NCBI GenBank assembly: GCA_002414665.1 | Contig: DIAF01000045.1 | Span: 31,521 to 95,520, forward strand | Origin: Halieaceae bacterium UBA5085 | Lineage (GTDB): Bacteria > Pseudomonadota > Gammaproteobacteria > Pseudomonadales > Halieaceae | Direction: 5' to 3' | Length of the DNA: 64,000 nucleotides | Part shown: one piece after another, positions 9,621-18,855 of the stretch | Position numbering within the stretch: the first letter of the stretch is position 1 | How the letters are laid out: each line of letters starts with the position of its first letter | Notes under the pieces: model-generated | What the model was told of the DNA's origin: nothing | The model's database searches: none | Seen by the model: the letters and a program-made list of their open reading frames with translations, nothing else | Position numbers and translations under genes: made by a program

Positions 9621-9709
9621 CCATGCGGTCAGACGCTGCGCGCGAGTCTGTGCCGGTAACTAGACCGTTTCTTCCAGCCGTTCATCAACATATCGACCCT
9701 CAATTGGAT

Positions 9710-9937
9710 CGGATAGCCACGCCTCACGGAACTGCCCGCTCTAGCTTCAAAGACTGGTGCCGGCAGAACAATCGATTTCCCGATGAATGGTCGGAGCTGG
9801 CGCTGGCTCACGTCAACAGTGACCAGACCAGGGCTGCATACGCCCGTGGCGAGCTTTTGGAAGAACGGCGGGGCATGATGGAGGAGTGGGGGCAATTCTG
9901 CGAGCCTCGCCGCTCAGGTGGTGGTAGTGACACATAA
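9710..9937 (+). pseudogene. Second integrase, C-terminal remnant
   Basis: TPHGTARSSFKDWCRQ...ELALAHVNSDQTRAAYARGELLEERRGMMEEWGQFC parallels residues ~360-420 of the intact integrase at 8007-9296. The upstream 300 aa are missing. Confidence 0.6.
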
Positions 9938-10174
9938 TCTGTTCGGGCAGACTTATTTGCTACCAACACTCTCCGCTCTGGTGGTTTCACAGTGGCGTCA
10001 TTGTAGTAGTCCGTGCGTGAACTTTGTGCCCGCGCACAGCTGGATGCACCGCGAGACGCTTGAGAGTGGATGTACGGCGAAGAGTGTAGCTTGACCGAGT
10101 GGATGGAGGACACAGCCTCGGGACCGCAACTAAGCGGCAGCCTTGTTCAAAGAAAGCCTTTTCCCTTGCCCCGG

Positions 10175-10692
10175 TCAGCTGGTACCGCGCGGCGGATAGC
10201 CTTTCTCGCCAATGTAGGTCACACCTTTTTTGATCATGTCCAGATCGGGGCGACAGAACGGGGCGCTGGCAACATCACTGAAATGCAGGCTGCCGTCAGA
10301 ACGCACGAAAAATATGCCGGGTTCCGCGAACGCGGCATCGGTTTCCTGGGCACTCAGGGGCGTTGAAATGAAGAGTCCCAGTTCACGCGCCTGTTCGATA
10401 GCGAGATCATAGGCGACGGTAATATCCAGATGCGCTTCTGCCGCAAATTTCTCGGCCTTTTCTTTGGGATCTGTCGATACCGCCACTAGCTGAACACCCA
10501 TGGCCTCGAAGTCCGATTTCATACCATTCAATTGGCCCAAGTACTTCTGCAGATGGGGCAATGCAGGCCGCGATAAACCACGATCAACTGTGATTGGTTG
10601 CTGGATGGCTGACCCAGTGTTACTGATTCTCCAGTTATCGTGGGCAGGGCAATGCGGAGAAAGTCGCTGCCTGGATGTGGGATATTTCTCAT
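10175..10692 (-). pseudogene. Peroxiredoxin/AhpC-TSA family gene disrupted by a frameshift
   Basis: The N-terminal frame ends ...VVYRGLHCPICRSTWAN*. The C-terminal frame continues ...HLQKYLGQLNGMKSDFEAMGVQLVAVSTD. The frames switch at about 10546-10551. Confidence 0.65.
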
Positions 10693-10916
10693 TCCTGTAT
10701 CCTTTTCAGGGTTGGCTGGTGGTGCAGATGCGTCAGCGACTGCACACCTCAAGTAGATGCATGTGGCTGAGTTTCGTCACAAGCCGCTCATTGTCTTGAT
10801 ATCCCTGATGTCTCCAAGGAAATGTTCAGACTATGTAACAAACACTACGTTTCGGAATCAATGACCCCAAGCCACAGCGACTCAGAGTTAGCGCTCACGC
10901 TGACGACTCGGGAATC

Positions 10917-11117
10917 TCAAAAGTGGGCGGTGCCGCGGATATCGTCGACGGCGACGCCGTTGCGGCGCATGATCTCGGCGGCTGCGCCCATCAGCAGCGC
11001 GGTATGCGATTCCTGATCGGGAAGCTTCAGGGTGCAATTGAAGAAAACGGCCCTGAGATCTGAACAATCGGTGTTGTTCTGGTCGCAAAGCGCGGTTTGG
11101 TGTTCATGCAATTCCAT
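10917..11117 (-). pseudogene. Flavodoxin-like NAD(P)H-dependent FMN reductase, N-terminal ~66 aa only
   Basis: LRAVFFNCTLKLPDQESHTALLMGAAAEIMRRNGVAVDDIR matches the N-terminal strand-helix of this fold. AGGAGA RBS before ATG 11117. The ORF stops about 120 aa early. Confidence 0.45.
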
Positions 11118-11125
11118 CGGTTCTC

Positions 11126-11890
11126 CTAGCGTTCGCTCGCAGGTGTTATGCGCCACACTGAGTTGCCGACGTCATCGGCCACCAGCAGACCTCCACGCCC
11201 ATCCACTGCCACCCCCACGGGCCGCCCACGGGCATTGCCGTCTGCGTCCACAAAGCCGAACAGTACCACCTTTATCGAACCGGTGGGCCGGCCGTCAGTG
11301 AACGGTACAAAGACGACTTCATAGCCATTCAAGGGTTGCCGGTTCCAGGAACCATGCAGGCCGACGAACGCGCCCTCGCCGAAACCGACCACGCCGCTGT
11401 TGTTGAAGGCCATGCCCAGCGGTGCCACGTGCGCACCGAGGGCAAAATCGGGCGAAACTGCGCTAGCCACCAGTTCGGGACGTTGCGGGCTCACGCGCTC
11501 ATCGACATGCTGGCCGAAATAGCTGTAGGGCCAGCCGTAGAAGGCGTCCCTGCGGACCGAGGTCAGGTAATCCGGTACCATGTCGCTGCCCAGTTCGTCA
11601 CGCTCGTTGACAACCGCCCACAGCGCATCTGTTTGCGGCTCCCAGTCCAGGCCGACCGGATTGCGCAGGCCCGAGGCATATACCAGGATCGCACCGTTGG
11701 CAGGATCGACCTCCAGTATCGCCGCGCGCATGTGCTCGGCCTGCATGCCGTTCTCGCCGATGTTGCTGTTGGAGCCGACGCCCACATACAGGTGCGTGCC
11801 ATCGGCACTGACGAACAGGCTTTTGGTCCAGTGATGATTCAACTCGTCGCCCTTGCCGGGCAGGTCGGTAACCTTGGTGGGCTCCGCGGC
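11126..11890 (-). pseudogene. PQQ-dependent sugar (sorbosone-type) dehydrogenase, 5'-truncated
   Basis: HHWTKSLFVSADGTHLYVGVGSNSNIGE...GLRNPVGLDWEP...AFYGWPYSY are beta-propeller motifs. The N-terminal ~150 aa are replaced by recombinase-derived sequence. Confidence 0.6.
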
Positions 11891-12161
11891 AGTACCCCTC
11901 AGACGCCAGGAAGCGTAGATAGGCACGTAACGCCGTCGCAAATGCCTTTACCGTGCTACAGCTGTAGCGTTCCGCCTGGGTGCTGATCGCCTCGCGAATC
12001 GTGGCAACATTATAGTCTGCCGGCTGGTCGCCAAGGATGGGCAAGAGTGCAAGAAGCAACCGTTCGTGACTATCCAAGGTACGACAGGAAAGTCCTCGGT
12101 GACGAAGCATCCAGTCGCGAAATTGAATCAAGTGAGCCGGACGTCTGTCTTCCGCTTCCAC
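11890..12161 (-). pseudogene. Tyrosine recombinase, N-terminal (SAM-like) fragment
   Basis: HLIQFRDWMLRHRGLSCRTLDSHERLL...VKAFATALRAYLRFLASEGYCRG. The reading frame then runs out of frame into the dehydrogenase remnant. No catalytic domain is present. Confidence 0.5.
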
Positions 12162-12658
12162 CGCTGGGGCCCCGCCTGGTGTTGGAAGCGCGGCACGGCA
12201 GTGTCCCGACAGCGCCGGCGCGGATCAAAGCCGAACGGCGTGGGCAGGAGCGGCAGGTAGCGGGCGACCATCCCGCGCAAACACATCAGGACGGTATCGC
12301 TACCGAGTGCCACCGCAAACGCCTGCAGCGTCGGCGCCACCGCGGTGAAGTGCGCCGGCTCGAGCCCGCGGATTGCGGCCAGGGTGCGGTGGATCGACTG
12401 ACAGAGCCTGTCCAGGTAGCGCAAGGCGCCGGGCAGTTCGATCTCCGTCCGCAACTGCCCAGCGGCCGCTGCGCGTGAGGGCGCCTGTTCAGCGGCCAGC
12501 ACGGTGGCCTCAATCTCGGCCAACGTGCCCGAATAATGCGACGCCAGGCAGTCCGGCAAGGCACTGACGGTGCGCCGGGCCCGGGGGCAGTACCAGCGAG
12601 CGATCAGGGTGCCGACTGGACGGACCCGTTCATAGGCCCCTTGCGTGAGAATCCGCAT
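12128..12658 (-). CDS. Hypothetical protein upstream of the truncated recombinase (probably part of the same decayed element)
   Basis: 176-aa ORF with no motif I recognise. Its 3' end overlaps the recombinase fragment. Confidence 0.35.
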   Translation of the reverse strand: MRILTQGAYERVRPVGTLIARWYCPRARRTVSALPDCLASHYSGTLAEIEATVLAAEQAPSRAAAAGQLRTEIELPGALRYLDRLCQSIHRTLAAIRGLEPAHFTAVAPTLQAFAVALGSDTVLMCLRGMVARYLPLLPTPFGFDPRRRCRDTAVPRFQHQAGPQRWKRKTDVRLT

Positions 12659-13070
12659 CCGCCCTCAGCATGCCACGGGCAACGCGTCAGGGTTGCGAAC
12701 CGCCACAGTTTACCGGCAACATAGACCTCGCTGGTGGTTGGCGTCGCCAAACGCACTTGCACACCAGCCACGGCCCGCGCGGGTGGTTCCGCGGCGGGCC
12801 ACCTTCTCCTTCTTCTTATCCGGCCCTCAGTTTGCCTCTTCTGGCGTGACTCGCCAAGCCATCGGCATTACCCAGCCGAGGGACGATGCAGCTTGGGATG
12901 TCTCGGATTCTGCCGGTTTCCCACCAAGTTTGGAACGATACAATCCGGAATGGAACCCACCGCGGTTTACGGATTACTGAGCGAGACAAGAACTCTTATC
13001 CAATGGTTGACCCAACTCCATCATGGCGCATTGACGCCGAATGCTGAAGGAAGGGAGGAGACCATCTCAT

Positions 13071-13145
13071 CGAAAAGGCTACCGCCTGGGTGCCCGAGAG
13101 GAAATCCCGGAGCTGGTCTGTAGTGGTCAAATCGTCGAGCTTCAT
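13071..13145 (-). pseudogene. Transposase N-terminal stub (rve-type, ISNCY/IS481-like, assigned from memory)
   Basis: ATG at 13145 gives MKLDDLTTTDQLRDFLSGTQAVAFS, then the sequence degenerates. The start is bracketed by the 10-bp inverted repeat TTCATGATGG/CCATCATGAA (13141-13150 and 13161-13170). Confidence 0.3.
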
Positions 13146-13188
13146 GATGGTTTTTATCCCCCATCATGAACGGATCCCGAGTCGGCTT

Positions 13189-13243
13189 CAGACTCATTTA
13201 ATATTGGAAACACCCCAGGCCCCCAGACTCATTTCATATTGGA
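13189..13243 (+). repeat. Two 20-nt direct repeats CAGACTCATTT(A/C)ATATTGGA, 35 bp apart
   Basis: Copies at 13189-13208 and 13224-13243 differ at one position. They lie between the transposase stub and the P450 operon. Confidence 0.5.
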
Positions 13244-13364
13244 CGAGGCTGCAGCTTGATCGGGGGCAGGTTGTGGGCCAACATGTACCGGTCGGCACCG
13301 AATAGTTCGCGCTTTTCCATTTTCCAGACATTTGCTGTGCAAGGTCATTTTTGGAGGTGTTTAG

Positions 13365-14564
13365 ATGAAGATCGAATTCCCACTGATGGAGCCCGCGTAC
13401 ATCGCGGACCCCACCCCCTACTGGAAAATCTTGCGAGAGAATGACCCAATTTATTGGAGTGAAAAGTACAATTTTTGGGTGGTCACTAAGTACGAAGATG
13501 TTGAGGCGTTTGTAAAGGATTACAAGACCTTTTCCTCGGCCTCTGGTCCAGCTGGGGGGCTGCACCAAAAGGAGGAAGATGATGCTAATGGTGTCGGCTT
13601 TCTTCCCATGATTCAAAATGATCCGCCAGAGCACGGCCGTCTAAGGTCACTGCTGTCCAGGAGTTTTACATCGCGAAGAATTTCCGATTTGGCACCTAGC
13701 GTGCATAGTCTGGCGAAGGATCTGGTAAGCGACCTGAATGCCAAAGCCGCAGCCGGTGAGCCCCTGGATTTCTATCATGATTTCGCTAGTCCCCTTCCAG
13801 TAGCTGTGATCGCCAAATTGCTGGGGATTCCAAAGGACTATTACGAGAAGCTGGCTTTCTGGAATGAGGCTATGGGGATAGGCACCGGTGGTCGCTATTC
13901 TGAGACACAACGATCGAGCGCCACGAGTGAACTGACGCAGGCCTTGAGGGAAATAATCGAGTTAAAACGCATCAAGCCCGAAGAAGATATGATTTCCTCA
14001 CTAGTTCAAATAGCCGACGACGATGGGGTCAAGCTGAAGCCAAATGAACTTTTGGGCTTTTGTAAGCTATTATGGATAGCAGGCAACGAAACAACAACAA
14101 ACCTGCTTAGTAATTCTGCGCTCCTCCTGCAGGAAAAACCGGACTTGGTTCGGGAGCTGATAGATGATAAATCACTAATACCGGCATTTATCGAGGAAGC
14201 GCTTCGCCATCAGAGCCCTGTCAACGGGCTGTTCAGGCGAGTGACGAGAGATTACGAGTACAAAGGTAAGTTACTTAAAGAGAATGATAATGTATGGCTA
14301 TTATTTGCATCAGCAAACCGCGATACGGAGGTCTTTTCAAATCCCGATGAGTTCGACTTAAGGCGCGACCCAAACGACCACCTGGCGCTGGGCAAGGGCA
14401 TTCATTTCTGCATGGGCCACGCGTTGGCCCGGCTTGAAGCTGAAGTCGCTTTCGAATACTTGGTGGAGTTTCTGCCGAAGTATAAGCTACTGCCTGAAGA
14501 AGGACTGCGCATTCCGGTCCCTGTTCTGAGAGGATGGCTAAAACTGCCAATGGTTCCCGCGTAA
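13365..14564 (+). CDS. Cytochrome P450
   Basis: Heme-binding loop HLALGKGIHFCMGHALARLE, AGNETT I-helix, ExxR (EEALRH). GGAGG RBS. Confidence 0.9.
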   Translation: MKIEFPLMEPAYIADPTPYWKILRENDPIYWSEKYNFWVVTKYEDVEAFVKDYKTFSSASGPAGGLHQKEEDDANGVGFLPMIQNDPPEHGRLRSLLSRSFTSRRISDLAPSVHSLAKDLVSDLNAKAAAGEPLDFYHDFASPLPVAVIAKLLGIPKDYYEKLAFWNEAMGIGTGGRYSETQRSSATSELTQALREIIELKRIKPEEDMISSLVQIADDDGVKLKPNELLGFCKLLWIAGNETTTNLLSNSALLLQEKPDLVRELIDDKSLIPAFIEEALRHQSPVNGLFRRVTRDYEYKGKLLKENDNVWLLFASANRDTEVFSNPDEFDLRRDPNDHLALGKGIHFCMGHALARLEAEVAFEYLVEFLPKYKLLPEEGLRIPVPVLRGWLKLPMVPA

Positions 14565-14599
14565 GTTTCAAGGCTGTAAATAGGACATAGGCAATTGTT

Positions 14600-15991
14600 A
14601 TGACTGATAATCAAGCCTTTAAGCGTTACCGAAATAACGTAGACCTCATTTATCAAGATATCCTGGCCCGAGATGGCGGCAAGCCTCCTGCTGAGTTCAT
14701 ACAGTGCTCACAGAGCGAAATGGGCAGTGCCGATCTCAGCACTGATGTGTACACGTCCAGGGAAATTCATGATCTAGAGTTTGAGACCATGTGGAACCAT
14801 ACTTGGCAGATGGCATGCCGGGAACACGCCGTAGCCGAACCCGGGACCTATTCTGTTTACGACATTGGTAAATACAGTGTGATTGTCGTGCGTGGCAATG
14901 ACAAGAAGCTGCGTGGCTTCATCAATAGTTGCCCTCATCGGGGGACACGTCTATGCGACGGATGGGGAAACTTGCAGAGAATTCGCTGCGCATTCCATGG
15001 CTTTAGCTGGGAGTTGGAGGGTACGCTTAAAGAGGTCCCATGTTCCTGGGATTTTCCACAAGTTGATTCAGACAACTTCGGATTACCTGAGGCCCTGGTC
15101 GGCAAGTTGGGCGGGTTCGTTTTCATCAATCTGGACCCGGATGCCAAACCCTTGTCTGAATACCTCGGGAGATTGCCAGAACATTTTCAGCGCTGGCCTA
15201 TGGAAGACCGATATGTGGCAAGCCACGTTGGAAAATATATAGATTGTAACTGGAAGGTTGTTATCGAGGCATTCCTCGAGACCTTGCACGTGATCGGCCT
15301 GCATCCTGAATCACTTAAGTTCTTTGGCGACATCAATTCTCAGTACGATGTGTGGGAAGACGAAGAATATTTCTCCCGGATGATTAACCCCTCGGGGATC
15401 ACTAGCCCGCATTTAAAGAATCGCGCCAATGACGAAACCGTTCTAACCGCGGCAAAGGAATTTGGATTGTGTGACCCAGCAGCCACTCTCGATCAATCGA
15501 ACACACCACGTCATCTGATTGCCGAGACGATTGCACAGAGATTCAAGGTTATCAGCGGCGTAGACATATCCGATCTACATATCAGTGAAATCCTTGACGT
15601 TGTACAGTACGACATATTTCCTAACCTGATAGTGTTTGCGGCCTACGGATCCCCCTTGGCATACCGGGTAACGCCCGCTGGGGGCCCCGAAAAGTGCCTG
15701 TTCGAGGTCTATCTGCTGCTTCCTTTTTCTGGCGACCGGCCCGATGACGCAGCCTATCAAAGGCTTGAAGATAACGAAAAATTTGGTGATATTGAAGCCC
15801 TGACTTATTACGGCGGGATCATTGATCAGGATGTGGATATGATGCCGCGGGTTCAGCGAGGTCTTTATTCTAGTCAAAAGCAAACTTACACATTGTCTGC
15901 GTATCAAGAATCCCGAATTCGTCATATGCGAGAAACCCTAGACAAGTATCTCAGCTTCAAAGCCAGAGCACCGAACCGGAGGCAAATATGA
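14600..15991 (+). CDS. Rieske [2Fe-2S] non-heme iron oxygenase, alpha-subunit type
   Basis: Rieske motif CPHRGTRLC...CAFHGFSW. C-terminal catalytic domain with EAFLETLHVIGLHPE. Confidence 0.9.
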   Translation: MTDNQAFKRYRNNVDLIYQDILARDGGKPPAEFIQCSQSEMGSADLSTDVYTSREIHDLEFETMWNHTWQMACREHAVAEPGTYSVYDIGKYSVIVVRGNDKKLRGFINSCPHRGTRLCDGWGNLQRIRCAFHGFSWELEGTLKEVPCSWDFPQVDSDNFGLPEALVGKLGGFVFINLDPDAKPLSEYLGRLPEHFQRWPMEDRYVASHVGKYIDCNWKVVIEAFLETLHVIGLHPESLKFFGDINSQYDVWEDEEYFSRMINPSGITSPHLKNRANDETVLTAAKEFGLCDPAATLDQSNTPRHLIAETIAQRFKVISGVDISDLHISEILDVVQYDIFPNLIVFAAYGSPLAYRVTPAGGPEKCLFEVYLLLPFSGDRPDDAAYQRLEDNEKFGDIEALTYYGGIIDQDVDMMPRVQRGLYSSQKQTYTLSAYQESRIRHMRETLDKYLSFKARAPNRRQI

Positions 15992-16416
15992 TTATAGTAT
16001 CAGCCGAAAGAGACATCAAGGTACCGGCCAGAAATGCTTGGAACTTATTATCCAAGTTCGATGATATCGGCTGGGCGAGCGACTTGGGGCGGGTCGAATA
16101 CGAAGGTAAGGGCGTCGGTATGATTCGGCGAATGTATGTGGTACCCGGTTCTCCGACCATTGAGAGGCTTGATTCCAGGGATCACGAGAACATGGAGTTC
16201 ACCAACAGTGTAGTGGAGGGTATGCCAATGCCAATCGAAGACTATTCCGCCAGCGTTTCAGTCACGCCAGTCGGCACATCGAGCTGCAGCATACGATGGA
16301 TCAGTAAGGGACGAAGTACAGATGCGCCTTCGGATGAAGTTGAATCCACGTTGAACCAGTTCTTGGACTCTCTACTGCAGATGGTGGAAAACCACCTGCT
16401 GGCAAATGCTAAATAA
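15988..16416 (+). CDS. SRPBCC (Bet v1/START-like) family protein
   Basis: 142 aa with the typical pattern ...IKVPARNAWNLLSKFDDIGWA.... ATGA overlap with the Rieske stop. Confidence 0.7.
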   Translation: MIIVSAERDIKVPARNAWNLLSKFDDIGWASDLGRVEYEGKGVGMIRRMYVVPGSPTIERLDSRDHENMEFTNSVVEGMPMPIEDYSASVSVTPVGTSSCSIRWISKGRSTDAPSDEVESTLNQFLDSLLQMVENHLLANAK

Positions 16417-16481
16417 GACACAGTGAGGTGAACAATGGCAGGTCGAGTCGAAGGTAAAGTCTGCGTTGTTACCCCGCAGGC

Positions 16482-16931
16482 TTGAAGAAGGAAATCGAGA
16501 ATTTGGAGGTTATCCACCAGTTCGACTACTCCGACGCCATAAAGCAGACCAGGCTCAGGGAGGCGCAAAATCCGAAGCTGACCAAATTCCCCACTTTCCC
16601 GGATGTTGCCCACCCACTGGTAATCACTCATCCGGAAAGTGGCTACAAGGCTTTGAATATAAGCCCCATGTTCAGCTGTGACGTTGTTGGCTACGAAGAA
16701 GAGCAGGCCCAGGCCTTGCTAGCAAAGCTCAAGGCAATCGCGGTCGATACTAAATACACGTATACCCACCATTGGCAAATGGGCGATATTCTAATCTGGG
16801 ACAATTGGCGTACCTGCCACACTGCCACCGGGCACAAGCGTAAGTTCCGGCGGAAAATGCACAGGACTACGTTGGCGGCGACAGACACATTTGGCCGGGT
16901 GGACGAGGACAGGCTCAAAGCATCAAATTAG
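16482..16931 (+). pseudogene. TauD/TfdA-family Fe(II)/2-oxoglutarate dioxygenase, C-terminal half only
   Basis: HPLVITHPESGYKALNISP...ILIWDNWRTCHTATG matches the distal half of TauD. The HxD iron-binding half is absent. It is preceded at 16436-16486 by a 16-codon SDR start stub, MAGRVEGKVCVVTPQA*, with a GAGGTG RBS. Confidence 0.6.
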
Positions 16932-16974
16932 AAGCAAGGTGTCGCCGCAGCGAATTTCACGCAGGAAATACGAT

Positions 16975-18366
16975 GTGGACGCAAGAACCCTAAGAAGCAA
17001 GATCGCGCATCCCATCATTGATGCCGACGGCCATCTGATGGAATTTATCCCTGTAATTGTAGAGACCGTGTGCGAAATTGGCGGGAAAGATACACAGTTG
17101 AAATTTGAAAAATACCTTGCGGAAACCTTGAACGCCAGCGGACATGTGCTCGGTCGCACACGGGTCTACTGGGCTATTCCGGAGGCACATACACTCGATC
17201 GCATGACTGTTACGCTCCCGCAGCTAACCTACGAGAGGCTGCCGGAAATGGGCGTGGATTTTGCGCTCCTGTATCCCAGTTTTGGGCTGACCGTACTGAG
17301 TTACCAGGACCATGAATTGAGACAGGTGTGTACCCGGGCACTAAATACTTACTATGCGCGGTCCTACGAAGGTATGCGGGACCGCCTGGAGCCGGTTGCG
17401 CTCATTCCTCTGAACAGTGTCGATGAGGCGCTGGAAGAGCTGGATTACGCTGTCGGCACCTTGGGTTTAAAGGCGATAGTTTCCAGTGGTGTTATTCACA
17501 GGAAAAATCATGATGACCGCGAATGGATAGACACTCTGGGCATCGATAGCGCTTACGATTATGACCCGGTATGGGCAAAATGCGCAGCTTACCAGGTGGT
17601 GCCATCCTTTCATGGCGTCGGTTATGGATGGGGCACCAGGCAATCTCCTGAAAATTATGTGTATAACCATCTCGGCAGTTTTGCTGCCGCGCAGGAAGCC
17701 GTATGCAGATCCCTCATTATGGGTGGGGTGTGCAGACGTTTCCCCACACTCAAATTCAACTTTCTTGAGGGCGGCGTCAGCTGGGCTGCACAGTTGTACG
17801 CTGATTTACTGGGTCACTACGAGAAAAGAAACAAGGACTCGGTGCAAAAATGCAATCCCGAACATTTTGATATAGACCTGTGCAGTAAGCTCATCGATGC
17901 ATATGGACCGAGCGAGATGCGTGAAGCTAAGCCGGCGTATCTTGATATTGCAAGGTTGCAGAAAGCTCGCTCACGGGAGGATAAAGCCTCTCACGACGAC
18001 TTCCATTTATCTGGGATAGATAGGCCCGAGGACATTGTAGAGGTTTTCACGGAACAACTGTTCTTCGGCTGTGAGGCGGATGACCCCCTTAATGCACTCG
18101 CCTTTAACAACACGTTGTTGCCTTATTCACTTTCCCTCAATGCCATGTTTGCGTCTGATATAGGGCATTGGGATGTGCCGGATATGAAGTACGTACTTAA
18201 TGAAGCGTGGAAATTGGTTGAAAAAGGATTGTTCAATTCTGATGAGTTCAGGAAATTCACATTTGGGAACGTCGCCAAAATGCTTTCATCTGTCAATCCA
18301 GGTTTTTTTGCGGACACTTGCATAGCCAGCGCTGGAGTCGATGGGGCTAGGAGCTGTACGCCCTAG
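16975..18366 (+). CDS. Amidohydrolase-2 (ACMSD/LigW-like TIM-barrel metal hydrolase) family protein
   Basis: HPIIDADGHLMEF metal-site start, ~465 aa. The start is uncertain: GTG 16975 after AGGAAA, or ATG 16891, which overlaps the TauD remnant. Confidence 0.75.
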   Translation: MDARTLRSKIAHPIIDADGHLMEFIPVIVETVCEIGGKDTQLKFEKYLAETLNASGHVLGRTRVYWAIPEAHTLDRMTVTLPQLTYERLPEMGVDFALLYPSFGLTVLSYQDHELRQVCTRALNTYYARSYEGMRDRLEPVALIPLNSVDEALEELDYAVGTLGLKAIVSSGVIHRKNHDDREWIDTLGIDSAYDYDPVWAKCAAYQVVPSFHGVGYGWGTRQSPENYVYNHLGSFAAAQEAVCRSLIMGGVCRRFPTLKFNFLEGGVSWAAQLYADLLGHYEKRNKDSVQKCNPEHFDIDLCSKLIDAYGPSEMREAKPAYLDIARLQKARSREDKASHDDFHLSGIDRPEDIVEVFTEQLFFGCEADDPLNALAFNNTLLPYSLSLNAMFASDIGHWDVPDMKYVLNEAWKLVEKGLFNSDEFRKFTFGNVAKMLSSVNPGFFADTCIASAGVDGARSCTP

Positions 18367-18608
18367 ATGGCATATCGACAATTTGTGCAGAACGAACGAA
18401 ATATATACACAACATTCGGGTCTTTGAAGAAGGAGAGGAATTTCCGAAACTGTGTTCGATTTCAGTGCGTTTCTTTTGCAATTTGGTTTCGTTTGCCCGT
18501 AACGACAGGCGATTCCGCGCCTTCAGTGAGGCCATTTTGGTTCCGATGGGAACAATTACCATTGTTCAGATGTGCCTTAGGGCTACTCTGATTAATTCCG
18601 ATGTTCAT

Positions 18609-18855
18609 CTATAATGGGTCCAGTCCCCGTTTTCGCATGGATTCTCCCCTGAGGTTGATCTTGTAGGCGTTGTGAACCAGGCGATCCAGGATGGCGTCAG
18701 CGAGTGTCGGATCGCCGATCACGGCGTGCGTGCCACTCCTCGATGGGCAGTTGGTTGGTGGCGATGGTCGAGCGCCTGCCGTGGCGATCCTCCAGCACTT
18801 CCAGCAGATCACGCCTGTTCTCGGCGTTCAGTTTCATCAAGCCCCAGTCTATGCC
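18609..18855 (-). pseudogene. IS21-family IstB helper ATPase, 3' fragment with an internal frameshift
   Basis: [42 protein letters not shown] in one frame, then [30 protein letters not shown] in another. Confidence 0.6.

Noticed and set aside
12660-13070. ORFs 12645-12980 and 12734-13123 in the otherwise non-coding stretch. One minus-strand frame (IRKPRWVPFRIVSFQTWWETGRIRD...) was vaguely reminiscent of a mobile-element protein tail.
   Set aside because: There are no recognisable motifs, the frames overlap each other, and the region sits between two truncated mobile-element genes. It is most likely decayed sequence.
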